From: Octopus sinensis | Lineage: Eukaryota | DNA: 64,000 bases | NCBI RefSeq assembly: GCF_006345805.1 | Contig: NW_021836130.1 | Coordinates: forward strand, 187,729 to 251,728 | Direction of reading: 5' to 3' | Part shown: positions 53,096 to 64,000 of the stretch, in pieces | Layout: each line of letters starts with the position of its first letter | Numbering within the stretch: position 1 is the stretch's first letter | Made by a program: the position numbers and the translations under genes | Notes under the pieces: model-generated | Database searches by the model: none | What the model was told of the DNA's origin: nothing | The model's input: only the letters and a program-made list of their open reading frames with translations

Positions 53096-56000
53096 ATGAA
53101 TAAATTGAACGAGAATTCAAAAGTTAAGGTGGCCATTCGGTAAATAAATTTCAATCACCACCAGTGTCCGTCCTCTCACCGGGAGTGAGTTATGTGAGGA
53201 ATATCCCTACTACACTAAAGTCCTACCTGAGACCTCCCAAATATTGTTGGGTGGCAATAAATATTTCACTTTCGACCACGTTTTTGGGGTCAAATCCAAC
53301 CAATCTCAAATCTATTCCTCAATCGCCCACAATTTAGTGGAAGGGTATTTCCCTATCTAATTGTAGGTCCTTCGAAGGCTACAATGCCACAATCCTCGCA
53401 TATGGACAGGTTTTAACTCCTTTCTACTTTAGACCGGTTCTGGGAAGACTTTCTCGATGGGCTCGTCATTCAACGTGGATTTGAAGGAAGACCAAGTGGG
53501 GATAATTCCTCGTGCTCTTCTCATTTATTTTCGGGGATTAAAGCACGTTCTGAGTCAGAATTCAAACTGTCCATCCAATTTGTCGAGGTTTGTCAGGTCA
53601 GTTCAAATTGGCAGATTTACAACGAGGAAATCAGAGATTTGTTGGACATTGGCACAAAAGTAGTCCAAAATGGTCATATCGTAGAATAAAAGTCAAATAA
53701 AAATCCACGAGGATTCCCAGGGAGGAATATATTTGGTGGGGGCAACCATGAAGGTGGTGACTGACTTGGAACAAGTGACAAACCAACTCAGAATGGGTTG
53801 TGATCAGAGAACGACAGGAAGTACTAACATGAACAACCAATCTTCTCGTTCTCATGCAATATTTTCTATTTTAATTAACCAAGAGAAAGTCATTGAGTTG
53901 GAAAAAGTTGATTAATTAGTTTGATTGGATCAGGGTGAGTCACACAAGGAGATTCTAACATCTAAATTTAATTTTGTGGATCTTGCTGGGTCAGAACGAC
54001 TAAAAAGGACTGGTGCGACCGGAGAGAGGGCAAAGGAGGGGATTTCTATAAATTGTGGACTGGTTTGGTGTGTTTGGAAGACTATAGTTCGCATTGGGTA
54101 ACGTAATCTCAGCTTTGGCTGATAAAATGAAGACAGGGACATTTGTGCCTTATAGGACATCAAAGCTGACTCGAATATTGCAGGATTCGCTTGGGGGGAA
54201 TAGTCGGACTGTCATGTTGGCGTGTGTTTCCCCCTCTGTCCGTGACTGTATTGAGACAACTGGGACAGTCGAATATGCAAATAGAGCAAAGAATATAGAA
54301 AATAAGGCAACAGTCAACCAAGATCTCAATAGTCGGGAAATTATGACTCTTCGGACACAAATATTGAAATTGCAGAAGGAGTTGGCCAGTTGTGGGTATT
54401 TGGACTTGTGGTGGACTGGTAGAATTCGGATGGGATGAGACTGAGACTGATTGACCTAGAAATGGAGAATTCGCAGTTGCACCAGCAAATAAGTGAACAG
54501 AAGCTAGAAATTAGTCGTCATATTCCCGTTTTGAAGAGATTCAGATCAATTCAGATAAAAATAGGCTGGAAGAATATTTGGCAGGTGAGTTGTGTGATTT
54601 GAGTGTAGTGTGTGGTGGGGAGGACATGGTTGTTCGGATATTATAAAAGAACTAATAGAAGAGAACTCGTCACTCAAGTAATCTCATTTGAGTAATGTGA
54701 AGGAATAAAATATTGATTTGGAGTCACTCAAACATGATGACAAAACACCCGACACTGATGTGAGTGGTCTAAATGAATAATAGATTAATCAACTCATCCA
54801 AAACAGTGCGCAGACAAAGAGAGGAATCTACAAGAATGTGTTCTGATACGTAAATAATAAGCCAATTAGTTAATTTATTAGACAAAGTGAGGATATGGAG
54901 AGCAGAGAGGAAGATAACACGTTGATTGAGAGAGATGGGACTGTGGACGGCATTTCTGATTCCAGTCAAATGGTCAGTCTGGCACAGGAGATTGAGTCGA
55001 AAGAAAGGCTGATTCGAGTGATTGAAACCTCCCGTATTCGCTGCAAAGAGATGGAGACTTGTTACGAGACTAAAATAGGAGCAATGCTCAGCAAAATAAA
55101 GTCCTTGGAGCAAGAACGTGATTTGATATCAAGACGAAACAGCAGTAAATCAACCTCTTTAATACTCAATAGACAAGAAGGATGTCCGTTCTAACGAGAG
55201 GGTGGAGGAATGTGAGAAGAAGATCGCAGAATTAAATAGTTGTGTTCAGAAATACAAGTCATTACTGCGAGAGAAGACACAGCAACTCAAAATCACTGCC
55301 ACTTCTGAGCGGGACCTTCAAATGCTGAAGAAAGAATTGGCGGAGATGAAGAAATTAAAGGTGTATTGTGAAATATATTTAAGGTCAATATGATGAAGAA
55401 AATGAGAGAGGAAGCCACTCGGAGTCGACAGAGGGATGTGGGTCATACCAAAGAAGTCAATCAACTCGAAAGGAAGTTTCAGCGAACATTGTCTGATAAC
55501 AGAAGTCTAAAAATTGGGTTGGAGCAGAAAGACTCGTTGCTAAAGAGGAAGCAGGCCGATGTTGGAGTGTGGTGGATTAACTAATTAGATTGAGAGTCTG
55601 AGAAGGAAGAATAGGCTAATCAGTGTGGAGGCGACTAAATCGAGTATGACTGTGTTATTTATGCTTAGATAGGAGAAAGATATTGAAGGAATTGGTCGAC
55701 AAGAACATAAAAACAGTGGAGGATTGGATTTCCAACATGAGTGGACATCAAGTGACAATCAACAATATAGAAAAGGACATGTTCAGTTGGGTTAAGGTAG
55801 TTTGAGAACATTCTAGTCCTTCTAGAAACAAAATTCATATAAAAACGGCTTGTATCATTAAGGGAGAAGAGATCACGTCTCCCTGCTCATAAAACAGTTG
55901 GTTATGAATTATGACGAGAAGGATAAGGCTGATTTGCTGGATACAAAGATATCCTCGGTGGAGTCTACGATTGAGTTTATAAGCAGTCACGTGAAGGATT

Positions 56001-57938
56001 GTCAGTCAAAGATAACACATTTCATGTCCAAAAAGGTGGAGTGAGTGAATTATGAGTATAGAATGAATTTGGGTCTGCCGACGAGTTGTCCTCCAGTCTA
56101 TGTGATTACTTACAGAATTCTGAGGATATCAAGCCGATTCTGGTCAATATCCTCGAGAACATGATCGAGAAGGCTGATTGTTGTAGACTAATAGACAGAT
56201 TGTGCAGTTGGAGAAGACAATTGTGGATAATAAGGCACTTCGTGCGAGAATTTCCAAATTGGACGCACGGAGTAGTTTCAGGGCGGAATTGTATGGCAAT
56301 CTGATGGACTTGGTGCCCAACGACGAAGACAAGTTGAATATTGACTTGAGTTTCCTCGGAGATGACGTGTCTGATCCAGATTTCGACGATGAAGAAGGTT
56401 GAGTGACTAATATTCCTCCCAGAGACCGAGGATGAATTTGACGGAGACATTCCTTCCACAACCAATCCTAATGAACTGTATTACCTTATGATTCACACTG
56501 CAGGACAGTTCAAGTTGGTGTCGTCCAAGATGTTGGTATTTTGGTTTAGTTTTAGGAAGTTATTCCAAGAAAACACAGACTGACTGCCATGCCCTCGATG
56601 ATTGACACTTTGTCCAGGTGGTTGATCTGTTGTTGCATGTTTAGTACTATTGCTACGTCGTCGAGTGGAAGTGTTGTGCCTGTGCCTCATCACATGTTCA
56701 TCAAGTCGGCCAGTCACACTTTCTCTATCTCAGATGTACAGAAAATAAAGGACGCGATGGAGAGGTAGTGTCCATACCTCAAATTTAGTTCTCGGTTTTC
56801 CCACTTTTCTGAAGGAAAGAGCGGACCCAAGTCCTTATTCCTGGAGAATGTGTTCGAAATAAGAGGGCCACGTGGGGGAATTGTGTCAATGAGTGCCAGT
56901 CAGGATAGACTTGTGAGTTCTAGCAAGGGTTACTCTCAATAACTGATTCCAGACTGTTCGAATAATTTGTGGGATTTGGAGGCGTTTTGTGAAGTGCAGA
57001 CTTACAGTGGATACCCCACCCCACGTCACGAGGAATATCAACCTTTCCCCGAACTGAGGATGGTGGTCATGACGGCTTCGTACTGCTCAATGGTGTGGGA
57101 CATTCGAGAGCCTGCTAAAAAGAAATTTTCTATTTTTTGGTTATTTTTACATTTTGAGTGTCAGTTCTGATGGAAGTGTATTCAGGAATGCACAAAGTTT
57201 TAATGAAATGCCCAACGCTTGTTCGACGCCGTTGGTTGTGTGCTTATCTGTGGATAGACTAAGTCTGTATTCTTCTCATTCCAATGTTGTGAATGTCTGG
57301 GATTTGTCCAGGTTTGCACATTGGGTCATTATTTTAGAATGGAAGCACGTCCCAATACATTTATGTGCGACTCTTTGATTGTATTTTTGCTTGAGGTGGT
57401 CATTGAGGATGTTCTTTATCTCATTGCTGCTTTGAAAGATCGAACTCTTTGTGTATATTTTGGGAGAATAACTTGATAAGGTGTTTAATGTGAAAGGGGA
57501 CACTTTTGGGATGTTCACCCCAGATGTGTTGTTCGCACTCCCCACAATGATAGAATTGTCCATCTATATGTGATTGGGAGTTTTCTATTCTCAGTAAGTC
57601 ATGACGGGTGTGTGTGTAAATGGGATGTGAGGGATTCGTTAAGAATAGTCAATGTGATGTCTATGGTTATATTTTTAGAGGAATGTTCTGGAACATTCTG
57701 GAAGGAGTATTCAGTGTGTCCACGATATTCCGTTTTGGAGAATGCGTTTTGTTAGTGGGTGTCGGAATAGTGTGGTCAAAGTTTGGAATTCGGAGTCGAT
57801 GGAGTGCAATGACTCGTTTAAAATTAGTGACAAGGGATTAATTGTTTTGCTGTAAATATGATGCTCTTTTTTATCGGATTGGAGTTTGAGTTTTATTTAA
57901 TATTTTAGTTTCATTTCTGCATGGAAGAACAGGATGTA
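53096..57938 (+). CDS. KIF21: Kinesin-4 family KIF21-like (motor - coiled coil - WD40), many micro-introns
   Basis: YGQ|[43 protein letters not shown]; long coiled coil; C-terminal GH...WD repeats. Confidence 0.88.
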
Positions 57939-58939
57939 GATATTGAAATTCGGTTCTCTTTGACTGTATTTAAAATCTTTCTATTTGTTTTTTGCAGGTG
58001 CTAGTCTTATTTTCTAACTCAGGGTAGGCAAGGAGTTTTGACAGATTAAACTAAGAGGGATTTTTTGTAGTATTAAGTTGTCTCTTGTTCACGTCTTGAG
58101 TTTCAAGCCAAGAAATACGCTTTGAGATCGCTGTGAATTTTGTATATCCATTTCCAACAGTCTAAGTAGTCTTTAGTTTTTTCATCTCGGCCAATTCTAT
58201 ACAAATATACACTGAAATGGATCGCAACGTGACAAAGCAGCATTTTGGGCTGAAGTATTTTTATTCTTAACTTCGGCCCGCTTCAAAAGTAAACATTAAT
58301 TTAAATGACTACTTTAGCTAGTCAAAAATTCATTGTTTTATGTAAAAGGCGACTGGATTGTTTTTTTCCAACTCAAAAAAGTCTGCTTTCCATAAAATAA
58401 TTCACGTCTTAGTAACAAACTCAAATACTATGCATATCTTTAAGAGTGGACCAAGCAAGAAACTAATTTTGATTCATCAAGCAGCAAGAACCTTACTATA
58501 AGATGGCTTATTTGATAACTCATTCTTTTTCAAACGACTTTAAAACGTCTTATTTATAATTCAACATTTATCAAAGAAAAAAGAAATAAACTTTCACTGT
58601 TCTTTACATAAGTACATGTACCCCTGAATATTTTCCATGTTTTTAATTAAATAATCCTTTGTCCTACATGTTGCTGTACAGCTTAGTACTTTCTAAGAAA
58701 TATGAAAATTGTTTAATTTGTATTCATTATCATAAATTTAAAACGGAAGTGCCTTCAAAAACTAGGGTTTGGTTCAAAGTATTTTTATAGTTTATTTAAC
58801 TTACATTTTTGCTTACCTTGCAAACAAAGAACTCATTTACCTCTCCCGAAGTGTTTATATTGGGATAATAAAATAACTTGTGATTCTTTGGTCTATAGTT
58901 TATAGATTTCTATTCTGTTTTTCATTGGCTCAAATCACT

Positions 58940-60940
58940 TCCTATCCCCAGCACGGGATTACCACTGGACAATGAATCCTTACGGATCGGGATCTGTTTA
59001 CGCTTGTGTTGAACATCTGCCAGCCCCACCATTGCCGGTGCGGGTCCACAATTTCGTAGAACAGCTCCACGCCTTGTCGTGTACAAAGAGTGCCGGTAGA
59101 ATTTCTCGCCACACCTTTAAAGTCGGCTAGTTTCCCTTCCATTCTAAGGTCTGTCGGCCTTTCCGGGAGCGACGATAAGCGTCCCGACGGGATGACGACC
59201 TTTCCTTTCAGGGGACGCAAGTCCCTAGTTTGGAACGACACCTGCCTCGACTCCTTCTTGGTGACCATGTTACTCAAAACTTGCAGCAACCCGGGCTTTG
59301 CCAGTGATCAGGCCGAAGAGTTAAAGAAAAATTTTCATTAATTCATTTAGAGGCTATTTTCGTGCAGGATGAAATGCAACAGTACCGAGTCAAGTAATTC
59401 ACTGTCATCCACTGTTTTATTTAAGTAGATTTTTAGTTTCATTCCCGAAATCGCTTGAAAGGCTGTCTCGAACGTAATAATAACGTCATCAGCATAAATA
59501 AACACATTTGTTAAGATGCACACATGTTTTGGAAAGTTTTCCATATACACTTTTTTTTTTATGATTTGGAACTTTGGAAATCCTCTTTGGAGGCTGGCAG
59601 ATGGATCTGCTTCCAAAACCACTGCGAGCTGATTGCGGAGGAATTCGGTAGTCTCCTCTCGGCTCGACAGGCATCCTCTTCGAAATTGCAGGCAAATTAT
59701 TTCAGCCTTTGATTGGGTTCTAGATTTCTAAGAAATATGAAGATTGTTTAATTTTTATTTATCATCATAAATTTTAAATAACTAATACAGTCGAACTCCG
59801 GGATGAGGCATCAAGTACCCAAAAAGCGGGTGTGCCCTCAAACCGGGGTTTGGTTCAAAGTATTAATTTAGTTAGTAGCCCCGAACTGCCCGACATGCAG
59901 GAAGCCGGCGGTTATTAAGCCGCGCACACCCTGGACCGGTCGCTCCTAGAGATACCGAAGCGCTGTGCGTGGTAGCGAAATTACCGGTTGCCCAGGACAG
60001 GAAAACAAGTGATGGACGTAGATCGAGTAAAGGTAACATGCCTGGTAGGGCTTTCTTTTTAGTTTTTTTCCATGAAATCGCGTGCAAGGCAGGGGTGATG
60101 TCCGCAGCAAAGTCTAGCGAAAGTCACATGTTTTTTTCTTGGCAATAGTGATTCTGATTCATCGATTTCTGGGGGAGGTTCTTGGAGTATTTGGTTCGGT
60201 GATAGTCTCCGGATTGACCTCGTGGAGATAAAATAGTGTATTAGATCCGATCTTTTTTTCGTTTCCCAAGGGGATTTTCAACATAGTTTTTTCCAGGTCA
60301 GCACAGGTAGCACGTATTTACCTTTTGTTGGCGTAAAGTATTAACTTGTAGTTTAAGTATAAGTTAATACTTGATTTACATTATTATTTACTTCGCGAAC
60401 AAAAAACTCTTTTACTTCGATAATAAAATAAGTTGTGATTCTTTGCTTTATAGTTTAAAGATTTTTATTCTTTTTTTTTCATTGGACCAAAGCACTTCTA
60501 TCCCCAGCACGGGATTACTACTGGACTTGACAATCATCCATGAATGTTTCATTTTTGAGAAAAAATTGGAAAAGACCAGAAGATTTGCTATTAAATTGGC
60601 TTTTGGATTGGACTTAAATTCAAAAATCGAAGATGCTTATGACGTTAAAGTCAGAAGGATATAAGATTTGTTACATCACTTGTGAAAATTATGATGTAAT
60701 TTTTTTTCTTTTGGGTATATGCAAAGAAGAGACATGTGGTGTCTCATAAAATGACCCTATACAATGAAATCAAACCCACTTTAATTAGCCTCTTGTTCTG
60801 CTCTTGGCTTTTTCCCTAACATTAATTTATGGGTTTGTTGGGAAATAAAACTTGTCTTGTCTTGTCTACTACTGGACGATGAACCCTTACGGATCGGGAT
60901 CTGTTTATGTTTGGGTTTGAACATCTGCGAGTCTCACTCT
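58940..60940. mobile_element. Scattered fragments of a CRE-clade RLE retrotransposon
   Basis: LRIGICLRL, DDKRPDGMTTFPFRGRKSLVWNDTCLDS..AEELKK (58960-59335); repeated pieces at 60490-60530 and 60865-60930; GC-rich minus fragment 59850-60330. Confidence 0.7.
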
Positions 60941-61749
60941 ATGTATTTTTGCCTCCTTTTGCCTTCCAAACCTCAGGAATCTTCGGCAAGGCCACGACTC
61001 AAAAAATATTTTTCGTTAAATAAAAAGAAATTGTGGATTTTTAAATTTATTAAATAAACTGAGGAATTTTTTAATGAAACCAAAGAACAAAATTGATCAT
61101 TCAGCAATATCTTCGAGATAGGTTATAAGGGATGTGAGGCCATTTATATAGTTCATGTCTAACTCATTAGAAGGCAATGCATGAGCAAAGTCAATCATTT
61201 TTATTTCAATCTGATCTTCCTTGCATTCTTTGAAATCAGTTTCATAAATTATATTAAATTGATGTTGCGATAAATCTCCACGTTTTTTGAATTTCGAAAA
61301 TTTTTAGGAGCTCTTTCAGTTTTTGTATTACAATTTTTAAATATTCTCTCCCATTTGCGAAAAAAAAGACTCAATGCTGTAATTATTAATAAATAAATAT
61401 TTTTCACCATTACGAGTTGTTTCGGGTGTAAGCTGAAGGCCATATTCCTTATCGTAAACGTCGTAATAATCAAACCGGCACCATCTCTTTAGAATTTAAG
61501 TATTGACACAAAAAACCCTCATTCCGCATATTCGAAATTTGATGATATCTGCAAATGGAAATTTTTTCATCTTTTTTTCCTTTGAAGCTCAGATTCCCAT
61601 GTGACTTGACCGATTTTGATATCAATTAATGAGGATTCTGAAATTTTGCTGATAGATCTTTGAGACAAACATAATCTAAAATTAATTATTTATTATTGTT
61701 AAATTACAATTCTCAGATTCTTTACAATATACAGTATAAAAATAATCTG

Positions 61750-64000
61750 CAGTGAACGTATACAAAAGATTTGTATACTACCAATCGGAGCTTGTGAAAC
61801 GTTTTTGTAGTAATTTGTTTCCATAACTCCTCGATTATCATTTTTTAACTTTTTTAATAGCTTTCCTTCTCCGTAACTAAGGAATTCTAATATTTAAACA
61901 AAATTTGTGATACTACCCTTTTTCCCTTTAGAGCTTATTCCTGCAACCTGATGAAAAATGGTTTTGTTTCTTTTAAGAGTACACTTCTAATTTACAATTT
62001 TTTAATAATATAATAATATTTACTTGGAATTCTTGCTGCATTTAGAATATATAGTAGTTGATTTCATATTTATAAATAGTGAAAAACATTGATTTCAACA
62101 ATTATCCTATATTGAATTCATTAAAGATTCATTCATTCAAATTTAAATCGAAATTACTACCCTGAATGCTGAATGCATTTTAATTTTTTAAATTCTAATT
62201 TATTAAGAATTCATAAATATAAAGCACACACTAATTATAACTTCACTACTGTGTATTAAAGCACATTCAAGGGAGAAATTTAAATAATGGTACAGAAAAG
62301 TGATTCAAATCATGTGTAAAAAAATTTTTAATAATTTATTAGTAATTACGTCAACAAAACTATTATGCTATAAAATATTAGAAATACATTTGGTGTTTTA
62401 AAAAGCTTTATTTATGTTTTTAGGACAATTTTGTCAATTTAATTGTTCAATTATTATTTTCATGCTTAAATTTACAAAATCCTCTCATTATAAGTCTTGA
62501 GAATCATCCATGAATGTTTCAATTATTCCTGGTTAATTTTACATTGCAATATATCCAACATTCGCGTAGCATTCCGTAATAATGGTCTGTAGAAAAAACA
62601 GATTGGCGAATTTATTTCAGCAAATATTCTATTTTATAACCTACGGAATCCTTTCTAAGTATTTTTTTAAATAATTTGGATTTGAATCAGATTCAAAATG
62701 TCGAAAAAATGTCAAAATTTTGGCCGAGAAACGTATTATTGATAAAATAGAATTGGTTAGTTAATGAAAAGATTTTCTTATTGTAGATGAAACTGACCCT
62801 TTAAATAAAATTTTTAAATATTCTCATTGAAAAATAACGGATTTCAAATCAACAATCTTATTACATGCATTAAAATTGTTGCCAAATGCATCAGTTGTAT
62901 TCCAGACTTTGGATGGACGATTAAAAGTGAAAAGACTAGGAAGTACTTCACAGTTCATTCAGCTCCATTCAACTGGAAGTTAAAGAAAAATGACTTTCCT
63001 CATTTTAATTGTACTTTAGACTTTTATAAGCATGTAGTCATCAGATAGTGCTAAAAGCCTTTATCGTTTTTTGAAATTGTGAATTGAGAGTTTTGTTTTC
63101 GAACATCTACAAATCGAGCCGTTTTGGCAAGTTTTATTAAAATTTTTGAATTAATAAAATAATAACACTGGAAAACAGAAACCAAAAAAATAATGTGATA
63201 TTATGGTGTCGTCCGGTTTATGTCCCTTCCAACTAAAAGGGCTAAAATAAAGGTCTTTTATGTGTAATTTCTCGAAGTCATTCGTTGGATTGATATTTTT
63301 TGAATCTATCAAGTGATTGATAGGCATCGTTTCTTGCATGTTCTTCATTAGCACTTCTCTGATTTCCCCAGAATTACTTTCTTCGTCAAAATTCTCCCAG
63401 CATCTTTCTTATTGATTTAAGGGAAATATATGGAATCAATATTCTCCACTTGTCAATTTTCTTAGTGATATTGAGTTCACTAACTTTTGTATCCAGAAGC
63501 TTTCATTTCCTGGGTAAACGAAAATACTTGTAGAATAAACGAATATTTCGAGCCAAAAATGAATTCAAATAAAATTTTGAAAATTTTTAAGAGATGAGGA
63601 ATTTTGCCTTTGAAAAATTTGAAACTGTACTTTACTTATAAAAAATGTAAATTGATGTGGAAAAAATGATGGGATTATTCCAGTGTCCCTTTCACTACGT
63701 ACTAATAAACGAAGATCCAGTCGTGTTCCGTTATTAGAAAAATACATTTCTGGACAAATTAATATGTCAATTATTCCTTTAATAAAGAAAATGAATACAT
63801 AAACAATTTTATAGCCGGGAAAAATCAAAATTACAAACCATCAATTCGGCGTAAATTCCAGAACGCATATTCCAAAAATGCAAGCATACCTACCATAAAA
63901 GACGGGGGAGAAAGTAGCATTTTATGTGGCTTTTTCATCAACTATATGTAATAGATAGAATAATGAATTCATCTCAAATATTGCAAAATCCTGAGAAAAA
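61750..64000 (-). CDS. Possible multi-exon gene running off the window, weak F5/8 type C (discoidin)-like motifs
   Basis: Open exon-like blocks with FSPVFYGRY..WNMRSGIYAELMVC and IVHPK.WNTTDAFGNNFNAC (frames must be shifted to join); no full model. Confidence 0.3.

Overview
AT-rich eukaryotic DNA from a compact animal genome (SoxB, ACK/TNK2-type kinase, TACC, KIF21). The host is most plausibly a reduced parasitic metazoan such as a myxozoan, though dicyemid/orthonectid cannot be excluded; taxon is inference only. About 13 host genes are split by micro-introns mostly 22-32 nt long: UBE2V, THG1, MTRFR, CANT1, a large coiled-coil gene, HSL-like lipase, STT3B, PFDN3, an ACK-like pseudokinase, WDR33, TACC, PSMC2 and KIF21; SoxB is intronless. 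Spacers hold many TEs: Ginger2/TDD-like elements with 5-bp TSDs, a Tc1 IR/DR element with a near-intact R4/Dong-like RLE retrotransposon nested in its TIR, RTE-like copies (one twin-primed), and CR1, CRE, pogo and hAT remnants. Frequent 1-bp indels in homopolymers look like long-read consensus errors. Most notable signals: (i) a TTCTTGTGGT-like motif just upstream of many start codons that also lies in the 5' terminus of the retrotransposon; (ii) a C/A-to-G/T strand-skew switch some 0.5 kb into genes; (iii) introns with essentially no signal beyond GT..AG and length; (iv) a microsporidian-looking retroelement. All coordinates were read by eye.
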